DNA of 64,000 bases from Nitrospirota bacterium (GTDB lineage: Bacteria > Nitrospirota > JACRHJ01): positions 32,001-96,000 of the forward strand of contig CAWJRJ010000020.1 of assembly GCA_963845245.1 (NCBI GenBank). Direction: 5' to 3'. Positions 63,822-64,000 of this stretch are shown piece after piece; position 1 is the stretch's first letter, and each line of letters begins with the position of its first letter. A program made the position numbers and the translations under genes. The notes beneath the pieces were generated by a model. That model had not been told where the DNA came from. It saw only the letters and a program-made list of their open reading frames with translations, and ran no database searches.

Positions 63822-64000
63822 AGCGAACGGTAGATCTGTTCCATGCTATTCAGCATCCCCTCCAAAGTATATTTTTCAGAAACAAGCCTGTGCCCCTCGC
63901 TGGCCAGCTTTCCAGCCTTGTCCCTGTTTTTGTATAACTCAAGTATCGCACCTGCAAGTTCTTCATGGTCACCCGGTTTTATCGATAAAGATGTTTTGCC
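63818..64000 (-). CDS. C-terminal fragment of a probable GT4 glycosyltransferase (5' end outside window)
   Basis: Manual translation ...IKPGDHEELAGAILELY...YTLEGMLNSMEQIYRSL*. Confidence 0.7.
   Translation of the reverse strand, partial: GKTSLSIKPGDHEELAGAILELYKNRDKAGKLASEGHRLVSEKYTLEGMLNSMEQIYRSL

Overview
Core-genome window from a Gram-negative bacterium. Gene order (lnt-prfB...lysS-lolC/E-lolD; lepA-lepB-pyrR-pyrB-pyrC-carA-carB-greA-pyrK-pyrD; kdsB-pyrG-kdsA-kdsD-kdsC) and the futalosine menaquinone pathway suggest a Desulfobacterota/Nitrospirota-like organism; this is inference. It contains a Ni/Co ECF transporter with cooT and an orphan PilB/GspE ATPase, lipoprotein and translation genes, hicBA, a PyrR-attenuated pyrimidine operon, tRNA thio-modification genes, mqnE/mqnC, and Kdo/heptose/LPS genes followed by a glycosyltransferase-sulfotransferase-radical SAM cluster. 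About 20 apparent frameshifts, nearly all +1 insertions and many in essential genes, point to uncorrected long-read errors. Only the prfB frameshift is a genuine programmed one. The window appears to span the replication terminus: there is a dif site at 44190-44217 and the two longest gene blocks converge near it. Most notable observations: (1) two overlapping genes encoding three divergent Hfq/Sm domains, apparently from a leaderless transcript (candidate heteromeric Hfq ring); (2) a DARS-like DnaA-box plus IHF-site element 3.4 kb from dif; (3) a DUF4388/MshEN-like-TM-pseudopilin fusion paired with a TPR/Cys-motif membrane protein; (4) a degenerate 5'-nucleotidase-fold/tetraheme cytochrome c fusion; (5) a radical SAM gene flanked by GTAG REP-like repeats between carA and carB. 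No rRNA, tRNA, CRISPR or IS element was recognised.
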